From NCBI GenBank assembly GCA_043228905.1, contig JBHGNT010000009.1:19220001-19284000 (forward strand): 64,000 nucleotides of DNA. Reading direction: 5' to 3'. The notes under the pieces were generated by a model. That model was not told the DNA's origin. It saw nothing but the letters and a program-made list of their open reading frames with translations, and did no database searches. Of this stretch, positions 21,657 to 33,084 are shown one piece after another. Each line of letters begins with the position of its first letter. Position 1 is the stretch's first letter. The position numbers and the translations under genes were made by a program. The stretch comes from Azolla caroliniana. Its lineage: Eukaryota; Plantae; Polypodiophyta.

Positions 21657-24600
21657 TGAAGGAAATAGCGCGGAATATTGCTAGGCCACAACCGAGTCTT
21701 GAATCACTTCGATGAGAATCAAACATGGAAATGGGAAGTGGGGAGTGAACGCACGTACACACACAAACAACGATAGAGAACATAGGATGTTAATGTGGAA
21801 AACCTTAAATAGGGAAAAAACCACGAGAGCCCACAAATTCCAAACTCTCACTATATGAGAAAGGTACAATCAGAGACTCGAAGGCAATGACCTCGAGCTT
21901 TGTATCTTCGCCAGCTGGCAGTTACAACAGAAAACTAGTTTTGTATCTGTGTGTGTGTGTGTGTGTGTGTACCACAATATACAACAACACCTCACTACCC
22001 AGAACTAAAGTGATTGCCCTAAGTCATATTTATACTTATATGACTTTAGGGCTATTTGCAAATATAGCCTCGATGGGCTCACTATGAAACATATTCACAC
22101 ATATGTTCTTGGATCTGGTTTGCACTGGATCCATTCGGATTCATTCGATCCAGTTTCCGGGTCTCATCCGGAACCCTTTCGGATCTGGTTCCGTCATCCG
22201 GCTCCTCCGATCTCATCTAGAGGGACTGAATTCCCAACAAAATCCCCCTTCACTCCGACATGAGATTTCTCGTTAATCCGATTCGTCTTCTGCACTCATC
22301 CAGCTTGTCGATTGAAAGCACCTTCGTCAGCATATCCGATCTGTTCCCCTTCGTGTGGATCTTCGTCAGCACGAAGTCTTAATCTTCTACATTCTCCCGG
22401 AGCCAGTGATATCTCCTCTGAATGTGCTTGGTCCAAGAATGGTAGGCCACATTCTTTGCAAGGTGGATGGCACTTTGAAAGTCGTAGTAGAGTCGAAATT
22501 TCTCTTGCCGGATCCCTAGCTCTCCGATGAAGTCCTTCATCCAGATTATCTCCTTGCCGGCTTCCACAACTGCCATGTACTCTGCTTCCATTGTCGACAG
22601 TGCAACGGACTTCTGCAGCCTCGACTGCCATGATACAGCTCCCCCTACATAAGTCATGACATATCCGGATGTAGACCGGCTGGTATCCACATTAGCCGAC
22701 ATATCCGAATCCGTGAATCCGTCAAGTTGGGGTTTACCGGAGCCAAACCGGAGGCACATACTCGCAGTGCCTTTCAGATACTGGAGTATCCACTTGACCG
22801 CGTTCCAGTGCTCTCTTCCCAGATTGCTCATGAACCGGCTAACTACTCCGACAACATATGCAATATCCGTCCGGGTGCACACCATTGCGTACATCAAGTT
22901 TCCGACGGCAAAGGCATATGGTATCTTTGTCATATCCGACTTCTCTGCCTTTGTCTTCGGGCTCTGCTTTCTGGACAACTTGCAAATTGCCGGAAGTGTC
23001 GATCCGACCAGTTTCGCCTCTGACATGTTGAACCTCTGAAGCACCTTTGTCACGTACTTTTCTTGTGACAACCATAATAGCTTCTTCTTCCAATCCCGGA
23101 TGATGTGCATCCCTAAAATCTGTCTTGCCGGACCCAAGTCTTTCATTGAGAAGGTCCAATTTGGGGCCTTCTTCAGCATTCGTATCTTGACTTGGTCTCG
23201 TCTGACGATCGACATGTCCACGTAGAGGAGCAATATCAGGAAATCTCCTCCGTCAAATTTATTCACAAACACAGTGGTCCACTTGTGTCTTATGGTACCC
23301 TTGGTCAATCATGAAGGAGTCAAACTTCTGGTACCATTGCCGAGGAGCTTGCTTCAATCCGTATAAGCTTTTCTTCAACCGGCATACCAGGCGCTCCTTC
23401 CCTTTTTTCTCAAATCCTTCCAGTTGATGCATGTTGATCTCTTCTTCGATGTCGCCATGTAGGAATGCCATCTTGACGTCCAGTTGCTCTACCTTGAGGT
23501 CCATGCTTGCCATTACACTCAATACCGTCCGGATGGATGTCATCTTTACAACCAGGGCAAAGATCTCACCGAAATCCACAACTTTCTTTTCTTGGAAACC
23601 CTTCACTACGATCCAGGCCTTGTACCTCGGCGTCTCCCGGTTTCAACTTGTACACCCACTTATTCCGGAGTGCCCTCTTTCCTTTCGACAACTCCGTCAG
23701 TTTGTATGTGTGATTCTCATGCAGGGCATCCATCTCGTCCTGCATGGCACTTAACCACTTGCGGTTGTGGGTGTCTTTCTTTGCTTCTTCGAAGCTTTCC
23801 GCCTCCCCCTCATCGGTCAGCAATACGTGCTCTACATCAGGAAATCTCTAGGGCGCTCTTCTCTCTCTGAGAGGGTATCTTCGTCCTTGGTTTCTGACTA
23901 CCGGTTCCTCCGTTTGTTCCTCATCTGAATCTGATTCGCGATCTTGTCCAATTCTGGTGTCTTCTTCTTCTTCTTCTTCTTCTTTGATCGGTTTAGTTTC
24001 TTGTTCGAATCCGGCCGGTTCATCGAGTATCATCCGGTTTTCAGCCAGGTAAGTCGTTGTGTCCTCAAGCTGGTTTTCATTTGATGATCCGGAGTTCATC
24101 ACCTTCTTCTCCGACTCCCAATCGGCAATGGTCCTGTCTTCCATGAAGACTATGTCCCGACTCCGGAAAACCTTCTTATCGACCAGATCCCACACCCGGT
24201 AACCGAACTCATCATCGTTGTATCCAAGGAATATGCATGGATGGGTCTTCGGATCCAACTTTGCTCTCTTGTCCTTTGCGAGACAACCAAACACCTTCAA
24301 ATGCCGGTAAGATATATCTTTACCGGTCCATACTTTTTGCGGTGAGTCTCCTTCCAAGGGTGCTGAGGGTGATCTGTTTATCACATAGGTCGCTGTCATC
24401 AGCGCCTTGGGTAACTTGGCATGTGGCAGCATTCTTCGGACTCTCTCCATTATGGTTTGGTTCATTTGTTCAGCCAACCCATTCAATTCCGACATCTTTA
24501 GCACAGTAAATTTGAGCGGCAGTACTCCTCGAACTACCCCTGGTATTCTCCTCCGTTATCTTTTCACTCTCGCGTGGAGCTCCTTGAAGATGGACAACAC

Positions 24601-27600
24601 ATGATCCTTCGTCTTCAACAGTGAGACCCATAACTTCCGACTGTGATCGTCTATGAACGTCAAGAAGTACTGCAATTCGGCATGTGACTTCATGTTCACT
24701 TGATACACATCGGTATGCACCAACTCCAATGGTGCATTCCGTCTCATCGGTGGTCTTGACCAGAAGGAGGTTCGGTTTTGCTTGCCGGCCAACCAATCGG
24801 TGCACTTCTCAAGATGCATGTCTTTCACCTCCGGAATGAGGTTGTCTTCTGCAAGTCTTCTCATCCTCTTCTAGCTCATATGATACAGTCTCTTGTGCCA
24901 TAGCTCACTGGCAGTGTCAGATGCTACGTTCACTTCTTCCTAGCATATCCGGGCATGCATCAGGTACAACGTTGTCGTGTGGTTTTTCACACACGATATG
25001 AAAAAATAGTAAAAAAATTATTTAAGATTAGCTTGATGTATTCATATAGATAGATGTCTTCAAGAGCTTCATAACGTATTTTGCTACGCATGAAACGGAT
25101 AAACAAGTATCAAGTTATGTCAGTGTGAATTTGAAGAAAAGAAAAGAAAAGACAAAACTGTGAGATATCCCACATAGATAGGACAACATTGGAACCCAGG
25201 ATATATAAGGGAACCAAAACATATTCATTCTATCAATGTGTGGAGCACAAAATGTTCAAGGTGACTTGGGCTACATTGTGTGGTGTGCACACTTCACGCG
25301 TATGCACGTATGCACAACTTTGTCAACGCTTCAGGCGTACGCATGTGTGTACGTTTTCGAACGTATGCGAGTGTGCAAGTTTCGGGTGTACATTGCGCGG
25401 TCAGGACTTTTGTGCGCGGACGCGTCTACAGTTTGGTTGCGACACACGTACAAATTGCGCACGGGCTAAACTTTATGGATGATTGTGTCATTTGGCCAAA
25501 TTATACGGACGGTCGCATGCAACTAAAAGCCAAGGCCATGCAACTAAAAGTAAAAGGCATGCAACTAAAAATGGAAGCATGCAACTAAAAGTAGAGGCCA
25601 TGCAACTAAAAGTGGACATGCAAAGTAACATTGGGGAGGAGGATCAACAAAGAGCTCGATATATGTTCCATTTTTTTTCCTCTACTTTTTTTTTCCTTCT
25701 TCTTCTCTCTCCCATTCCTTGGGGAAAAAATTATCTCTCATATTCATATCAAACTCTAGGCTTGGCTTGCTCAATCTTTCTTGTCAAAAATTATCTCTCA
25801 TATATTCATATTGGACCACTCCTTATATGGTTGTTGGCTCCTTTCTTTAAAAAATTTATCTGTCATTTTCATCTCCAACCCGTTGTAACAAGATTCTTGA
25901 ATTATAAAAGAATCTATTTTCTTATGCAATAAACTAAAATTTTCTCTCATCTACTCGTCTTATATGTGAATTGCTTGTGTTGTACGTGTTGCACTAAATC
26001 CCTCCAGTCAAGAACCTCGACGGTTCCACCTCACGATCCGCACATAGTGACGGATTTTCACGACAACATGTTGATCTTCCGAGCTCAAGCCACAGTCAGG
26101 CTTCCCTTGCTGAACTTCATGACTCCATTCCGGATGATACCTGTGTAGCCTTCATCATCTAACCAACCGGTTGATATCAGGTTCAACCGAACCTCCGGAA
26201 CGTGTCAGACTTCTTTCAACAACCATTTGCATCCAATTGATGTAGTCAACCACACATCTCCTATGCCGACAATTTGGCATGTGCCTTCATTCCCCATCCG
26301 AACACAACCGTGATCACCAGCTGTGTAGGATGAGAAGCATCTCAAGTTCGGTGTCAGGTGGAATGACGCTTCGGAATCCACAACCCACGTTGTCATTCTC
26401 CTCGGTAATGAGCATCAGTTCTTCTTCACTTGTCACGATCACCGATGTTTCCTTCCGATCCGAACCTTTCCAGTCTGAACCCTTCTTCGAATCGGCACTG
26501 TCGGTTCCTTTCTCTTTCCGAAAATGCTAACAGTTTTTCTAGAAGTGCCCTAGCTTCCCACAATAGAAGCAAGTAAGCCTCCCCCTTGACTTCGACCTCA
26601 TCCCCGATTTGTTCCGGTTTTGGGGACTTTGATACTGGCCTCTTCCCTAGTTATGGTCATCTTCCGTGACCACGGCCTTCGAATCGGTTCCAAACTCCCG
26701 GTCCTTTCTACGAGCTTCTTCATCTAGCAAGCTTGATTTTACCCTTGCTAGGGACAACTACTTTCCTTCCGACCCAACGTTGCCCAAAGTGACAACCAAC
26801 GTCTCCCAACTATCCGGCAGGGAACCGAGCAGGAACAATGCAAGTACCTCGTCGGCCAGAGGTACTTCAAGTGAAGTTGTTTGATTTATGAGCCCTTGAA
26901 ATGGGTTCATGTGCTCCGCCATGCTGGATCCATCCTAGTACTGGAGTCTCACTAACTTCCGGAATATCGAAACCCGATTTACATTGTTTTTATTCTCCAA
27001 CATGGTGTCAATTTTCTCCTAGAGCACATGAGCTTTACTTTCTTCATTGAAGTTGTTGTACAGGTTCATGTCGATGAAGCAGCGGATGTACGTCGTTGTC
27101 TTCATGTGCATCACCTCCCATGTCACAACATCGATCTTATCCGGTTTCTTGTCCCCGAACTGTACAGGCACCCAGAGATCTTTGACCATGAGCATGTCCC
27201 TCATCTTCGACTTCCACCCTGGGTAGTTGGAGCCGGTGAGCTTGAACATGCCGTCGAATGGCTCTTCCATTTTTCTTGTTCGCTCTAATACCAGTTTGAA
27301 GGAAATAACATGGAATATTGCTCAGCCACAACCGAGTCTTGAATCACTTCGATGAGAATCAAACACGGAAATGGGAAGTGGGGAGTGAACGCATGTACAC
27401 ACACAAACAACGATAGAGAACACAAGATGTTAACTTGGAAAACCCTAAATAGGGAAAAAACCACGGGAGCCCACAAACTCCAAACTATCACTATATGAGA
27501 AAGGTACAATCAGAGACTCGGAGGCAACGACCTCAAGCTCTGTATCTTCGCCAGCTGGCGTTTACAACAGAAAACTAGTTTTGTATCTCTCTCTCTCACT

Positions 27601-27849
27601 CACTCACTCTCTGTGTACCACAATATACAACAACACCTCATTATCCATAACTAAAGTGAGCCTATTTACAAATATAGCCTCGAGGGGCTCACTATGAAAC
27701 ATATTTACACATATGTTCTTGGATCCAGTTTGCACCAGATCCATCCTGATTCACTCGATCCGGTTTCTGGGTCTCATCTGGAACCCATTCGGATCCGGTT
27801 CCGTCATCCGGCTCCTCCGATCTCATCCGAAGGGACCAAATTCCCAACA
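21657..27849 (-). mobile_element. Decayed Tnt1-like Copia element E, interrupted by a Gypsy solo LTR
   Basis: TSD TATTA (21652-21656 / 27850-27854); LTRs 21657-22239 and 27297-27849; mutated PBS at 27282-27293; fragmented gag-pol ~22260-27270 whose pol closely resembles Copia C/D. Confidence 0.92.
24973..26065 (+). mobile_element. Solo LTR of the Phygy-like Gypsy family (opposite orientation)
   Basis: Ends ...GACGGATTTTCACGACA, the reverse complement of the family terminus; TSD ACGT/ACAT; ~20-bp CATGCAACTAAAA tandem units at ~25517-25620. Confidence 0.85.
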
Positions 27850-28520
27850 TATTATATATCTAATTCGTCTCTTCTTTTTTTGCTGGTATATATTTTGCTT
27901 CATAGTTTGGAGGTACAAGGTTGAAATTTGTCCTCTAAAATATTATAGTTTCTAAGCAAAATGTTGATTAATTTTACACATGAAGATGTAGTTCACACTT
28001 TCTGTTGTTGGCAATATGACACTCACCGCCACCAAACCAACACATCATCTTATGTGTGGTGAATTTGAAGAGAGATATCCCAATCCCAAATCTTTCATGT
28101 TTCTCGATGAACCATGCCCCTTCATATGAAACCAAATCACACTCCATTGATCCACTTGAATGGGATTTGGTATTAGGTTTGACATATATTGTATGTAGAT
28201 TATATTGTGGCCAAACGAATAATGTCAACTTTTGATATTAGGTTTGACATATGTTCTACATTGTTGGATGTGTTCATTCGTATTTCATCTTTTCATAATT
28301 AAGACTATTGCACGCCATACAACCGTGTTTTGTAATAAATCCCCAAGACCGGTAGTGATGTAATTCACTATTTCTCTACGCTTGTCCTCATCGTCATTAT
28401 CACCATAGTTTTCATCATCATAATTTCCCTTATATTTGTCATAGAAATCATTATTCATTCAAAACCAAATTTTCAATCTTATCAAACACTTTCTTCCCAT
28501 AACTGATATCATAATCAACA

Positions 28521-28943
28521 TGAAAAGAATTGTGTGCGGAAGCTAAAAGAGACAACCGGTTATAGCTGGATAGCAATAGAAAGTAAACGAAGGTTTAATG
28601 GAAACTCAAATAACATGTAGAGAACTTGGGAGAGACAGAGAGAGTAGAACACTAAAACACACTTCAAAAATAATACTCTGTCACTACATACAATGTGCTC
28701 AGTGAGCACTTTTATACAGGTCCTTGAAAAGACTGACAGAAGTACTAACATGTACTTCAATGCTCAAAATTGAGTGATTGACACTAACTCCTAAAAATAT
28801 GCCTATCTACTAGGCTAGGATTGTAGGCTTCTAATGGCCTACCGGCTCTCGTGGATCTGGCTCTCCAATTCGATCCGAGCCTAGCCGATCCGGCTCTCAG
28901 CTTATTCAACCGATCTGGCCCATGTTGAGCTTGCTTCTCAACA
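28521..28943 (-). mobile_element. Solo LTR related to Copia B
   Basis: TG...CTCAACA; TSD CAACA on both sides; shares GACTGACAGAAGTAC, TACTTCAATGCTCA and GTTGAGCTTGC with the Copia B LTR. Confidence 0.88.
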
Positions 28944-29020
28944 CAACATATTTTTCATGACCATATCTTTGTAAAATATTACAACATTGTTATAAAAAAC
29001 AAAATCAAACTCAACCTAAG

Positions 29021-29428
29021 TGTAAAAGTATTCGTGTGCGGAAGCGTGTGCGATAGACACCGAACCGAGTACACAATCGATAGTTCAGAACTCGATAGTT
29101 AGGTAAACACCAAGAATAGATATGCAATGAGAGAGAGACAAAGAGGGTAGACAACAACGCTTCAATTTCAAATAATGAACACTATGTACATACATAGTGC
29201 TCAGTGAGCACTCTTTATACAAGTTGTGACAAGTGGGCTGACACAAGTACCATCAGTACTTGAATGCTCATAAATGAGCCATACACGAATTCTGCCTATA
29301 ATATTCCTATTTACTTTGAGAATACATCTGATTCGACACACCTGAATCGAACTCTCTTCGATTCGGCTCTCAACTTCTTTAGCCGATTCGAGCCTACTCA
29401 ATCGCTCTTCAACTGATTAAGTTTTCAA
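29021..29428 (-). mobile_element. Second, more diverged Copia B-like LTR, cut at the next element
   Basis: TGTAAAAG..GTGTGCGGAAGCG start, GTGCTCAGTGAGCAC and AAGTACCAT..TGAATGCTCA blocks; no second TSD. Confidence 0.65.
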
Positions 29429-32400
29429 CCACCAGGGTTCTGAACCTGAAGGACTCGAAGTTTGCACTAGCTTTAGCGAGAAAGGAATTAAGATAGATTG
29501 AATGAGAGAGAGATTGAGATAAGATAGAACACTTGACTTTAGATTTGAAGAACAAGATTGATACATCAATTGAATAACGAATTTCTTCCTTTTAATTTCT
29601 TGATTAATACCTCACTCCCTTTCATACATCACTCTTACCATCTATCTCTTGGGTCCCACGTTAGTTCTCAACGCAATTGCCCAAGTCTCCAGATGGAGTG
29701 TCCTACATGGGTATCACCACCATCCATCTCTAGGGTCTCACGTTGGCTTTCTGCAACTGCCCAAGTCTCCGGAACATATGTGCTCCTCATATAGACACAA
29801 AGATAATAGCTTTTGCTCTACCTTATATATGGTGAGATCCTTATTTGTGCTGTCTATGTGGGATATCTCATAGTTTTATCTTTCTCTTTTCCTTTGCAAA
29901 CTTCCTACCCATATAACTTGAGACTTAGATATCTGTTTCTTATGTAGTAAAGTGCATTTGAAAGCTCTTGAAGACCTCCATCTTTTTGTACTAAGGTATT
30001 AAACTTATTTAAAATAGTATTTTCACTATTATTGTTTTATATGATTAATACTTGATTTCGTATGTTTTATGCGATTTTCACACCATTGCCGAAAATCTCC
30101 ACGACATCCACCCCCACCAAACCGCATGTCCTTTGGTACGTGCCAAGAAGAGAGAATGTGAGATTTCAACAATGGTGATCATCATGACTCCTCAACGTCG
30201 AGCTTGTCTGTTTCTTTGTACTCGAATCATTGTTGCCACCCAATCCAACATATCATTTGTTTTTTCTTTGCTTTACCATGACTTGTTGTCATGGCCCCTT
30301 GCTCTCTTCTTGAGGATAATCATTTAAGTCTCATGAATGTTCCATGTTTGTCTCAATCGTCTCTTTGCTCAAGAAACTTTTACTCATTCACAGTAGTGTC
30401 TTTGATAGATGTTTTGATCATATCCTTCGGATCCTCATGGCCTGCTTGGCCATCACCAACCCTTGTCATATTTTGCTCAAACTCTTTGTTGCACATATCA
30501 GCTTTAACCCTTGCTTCTTCCCCATCACTATCCTTCTCTTGGGTCTTACATTGGTTAATGCCCAAGTCTCTAGAACGAGTGTGGAGGGACCCATACATTT
30601 CCATTGTTCTCCTTTTTCGTGCTGCACTTAGCCATTTCCATCTTAAAGTTGCTCGAATCAGCATTGACCTTTGCTTCCTCACCGCCAGCTTCCGTCTCTT
30701 GGGTCTTACATCGGTTAATGCCCAAGTCTCTAGAACTAGTGCAGGGAAAAGCTCTTCATGGCCATTCACCATCTTCGCCTTGACGTCATTTTCCATAGCT
30801 ATTCCTTCAAACTCATGGACCTCGTACCCATCAATCCTTTTTATTGAGCAATCCTTTATTATGCTTCTCTCTTCGCTGCATGTATTAGTTTCGACCTTCG
30901 GTTCTTCGCCATCACCTCCCGTCTCTTGGGTCTTACATCGGTTCTCGGACGCAATTGCCCAAGTCTCTAGAACAAGTGTGGAGAAAATTTGGCCGTCATC
31001 ATTGGTTGTATTATCTTGGTCCTTCTCTTCCTTTTCGCCACCATTCGTCTCTTGGGTCTCACGTTGGTTCCCATACACAACTGCCCAAGGCTCTAGATGA
31101 AGTGTTAGGAAAGTCTCCACATGACCATCCGCCATGGACTCGTTCATAGCCATCTCCAACTCGATGTCGTTTTTCGTCTATCTCTTCAATCTCATGGGCC
31201 TCGCACCCATTGACCCTCTTGATCGAACAAGCTTCAATTATGCTTCTCTCTTTACCTTCGACCTTTGGTTCTTCGCCATCACTTCCCGTCTCTTGGGTCT
31301 TACATCGGTTCTCGGATGCAATTGCCCAAGTCTTTGGAGCATGTGTGGAGAAAATCTTGCCATGGTCGTTTATCTTGTTCATAGTCACCTCCTCGATGTC
31401 ATCTTTAGCGGTTAGATCCTCAATTACACTAGCCTCGCACTCTTTATCTCTATTGATGCAAGCTTTGATTAGGCTTGCTCCTTCATCATCCGATGTTTCA
31501 AACACAACGCATGTTCCAAAACATTTGTCCTCCTTTGAAATGGTTGTCATCGTCCTCAAGTCATCATCAATCTTCTTTTCATGTTGGATGCGTTGTTTAG
31601 GTGTCTCGACTTCTTTAGATGGTTTTGATTTTTCTACGCTTGTTCTTACCAAGTCAATATCATCAAGCCATTGATGAAGCCTGTCGATCTTGTTGCATGC
31701 TTGCTGCACCGCAACCCAGTCCGCCACAAGGTCGTTTGCTTGGGTATCATCTTCGAGGAGAGTCCCCAATTCTCGTCTATCCTTCATGTCCACGGCTTTC
31801 AAGAAGTACAAAGTCTTGTCCTCCTCTAGCAGCACTTGGTCGGTGGCGGGGAGATGACGAAACATTTGGTCGAATTCGTCGTACACCCTCAAAGCGCTCA
31901 TCCTCTTATTCTTCTTTTCTATCCACTTCATCAGGGTATGTCGAGTCATCCTCGACAAATCTTCCATCGTGAACTCCGCTAATATTGATCTTTCAAACTC
32001 TGACCACGTTCTCTTGCTTTCTTGAAGCTCGATGACGCGTCTTTGGATGTTGTTGGCAACAACTCTCTTGAAGCTTGCGATTTGACGTACTTCAAACACG
32101 TCCCTTTTATTCATCTCCCTTTTGTATGCATCAAGGAACTTCGTAATGTTCCTTTCGTCAAATTGACCCTCGAGCTCAACAACACGGTCGACAGCCTTCT
32201 CCATGTTGCATCGTTGTCTCGAGATCTCATCATTTGTTCGACGATCAACATCATCCTTTTGAACTCTCCCGCTTGGTTGCTTGAGGATGCCATCTCCAAG
32301 TATCGGTTGATCCTCGACTTGATCCTTCCTACCGCCTCTTCACGTCAGGTTCACTAGTTAATTATGTCATGAAGATCCGTCACTACGCACGAATCGTGAG

Positions 32401-33084
32401 GTAGAACCACCAGAGTTCTGGACCTGAAGGACTCGAAGTTTGCACTAGCTTTAGTGAGAAAGGAATTAAGATAGATTGAATGAGAGAGAGATTGAGATAA
32501 GATAGAACACTTGACTTTAGATTTGAAGAACAAGATTGATACATCAATTGGATAACGAATTTTTTCCTTTTAATTTCTTGATTAATACCTCGCTCCCTTT
32601 CATACATCACTCTTACCATCTATCTCTTGGGTCCCACGTTAGTTCTCAATGCAATTGCCCAAGTCTCCAAATGGAGTGTCCTACATGGGTATCACCACCG
32701 TCCATCTCTAAGGTCTCACGTTGGCTTTCTGCAACTGCCCAAGTCTCCGGAACATGTGTGCTCCTCATATAGACACAAAGATAATAGCTTTTGCTCTACC
32801 TTATATATGGTGAGATCTTTATTTGTGTTGTCTATGTGGGATATCTCAGAGTTTTATCTTTCTCTTTTCCTTTGTAAACCTCCTACCCACATAACTTGAG
32901 ACTTAGATATCCGTTTCTTATGTAGTAAAGTGCATTTGAAAGCTCTTGAAGACCTCCATCTTTTTGCACTAAGATATTGAAATTATTTAAAATAGTATTT
33001 TCACTATTATTGTTTTATATGATTAATACTCGATTTTGTATGTTTTATACGATTTTCACACCATTGCCGAAAATCTTCACGACA
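29427..33084 (-). mobile_element. Non-autonomous Gypsy derivative: LTR, truncated gag fused to repeats, LTR; no pol
   Basis: LTRs ~29427-30106 (outer ~40 bp lost) and 32365-33084; PPT complement TCCACCCCC at 30107; decayed Trp PBS at ~32339-32356; gag MEMASSSNQAG... homologous to the gag starting at 18121. Confidence 0.88.

Noticed and set aside
29021-29428. 5' LTR of Copia fragment F
   Set aside because: Its orientation matches the minus-strand Copia B LTRs, whereas F is on the plus strand.
30536-31340. CRISPR-like array (hairpin repeats with variable spacers)
   Set aside because: Spacing is long and uneven (126-241 bp), some spacers are partly homologous, no cas genes are present, and the context is a plant retroelement. 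Kept only as a repeat-array finding.
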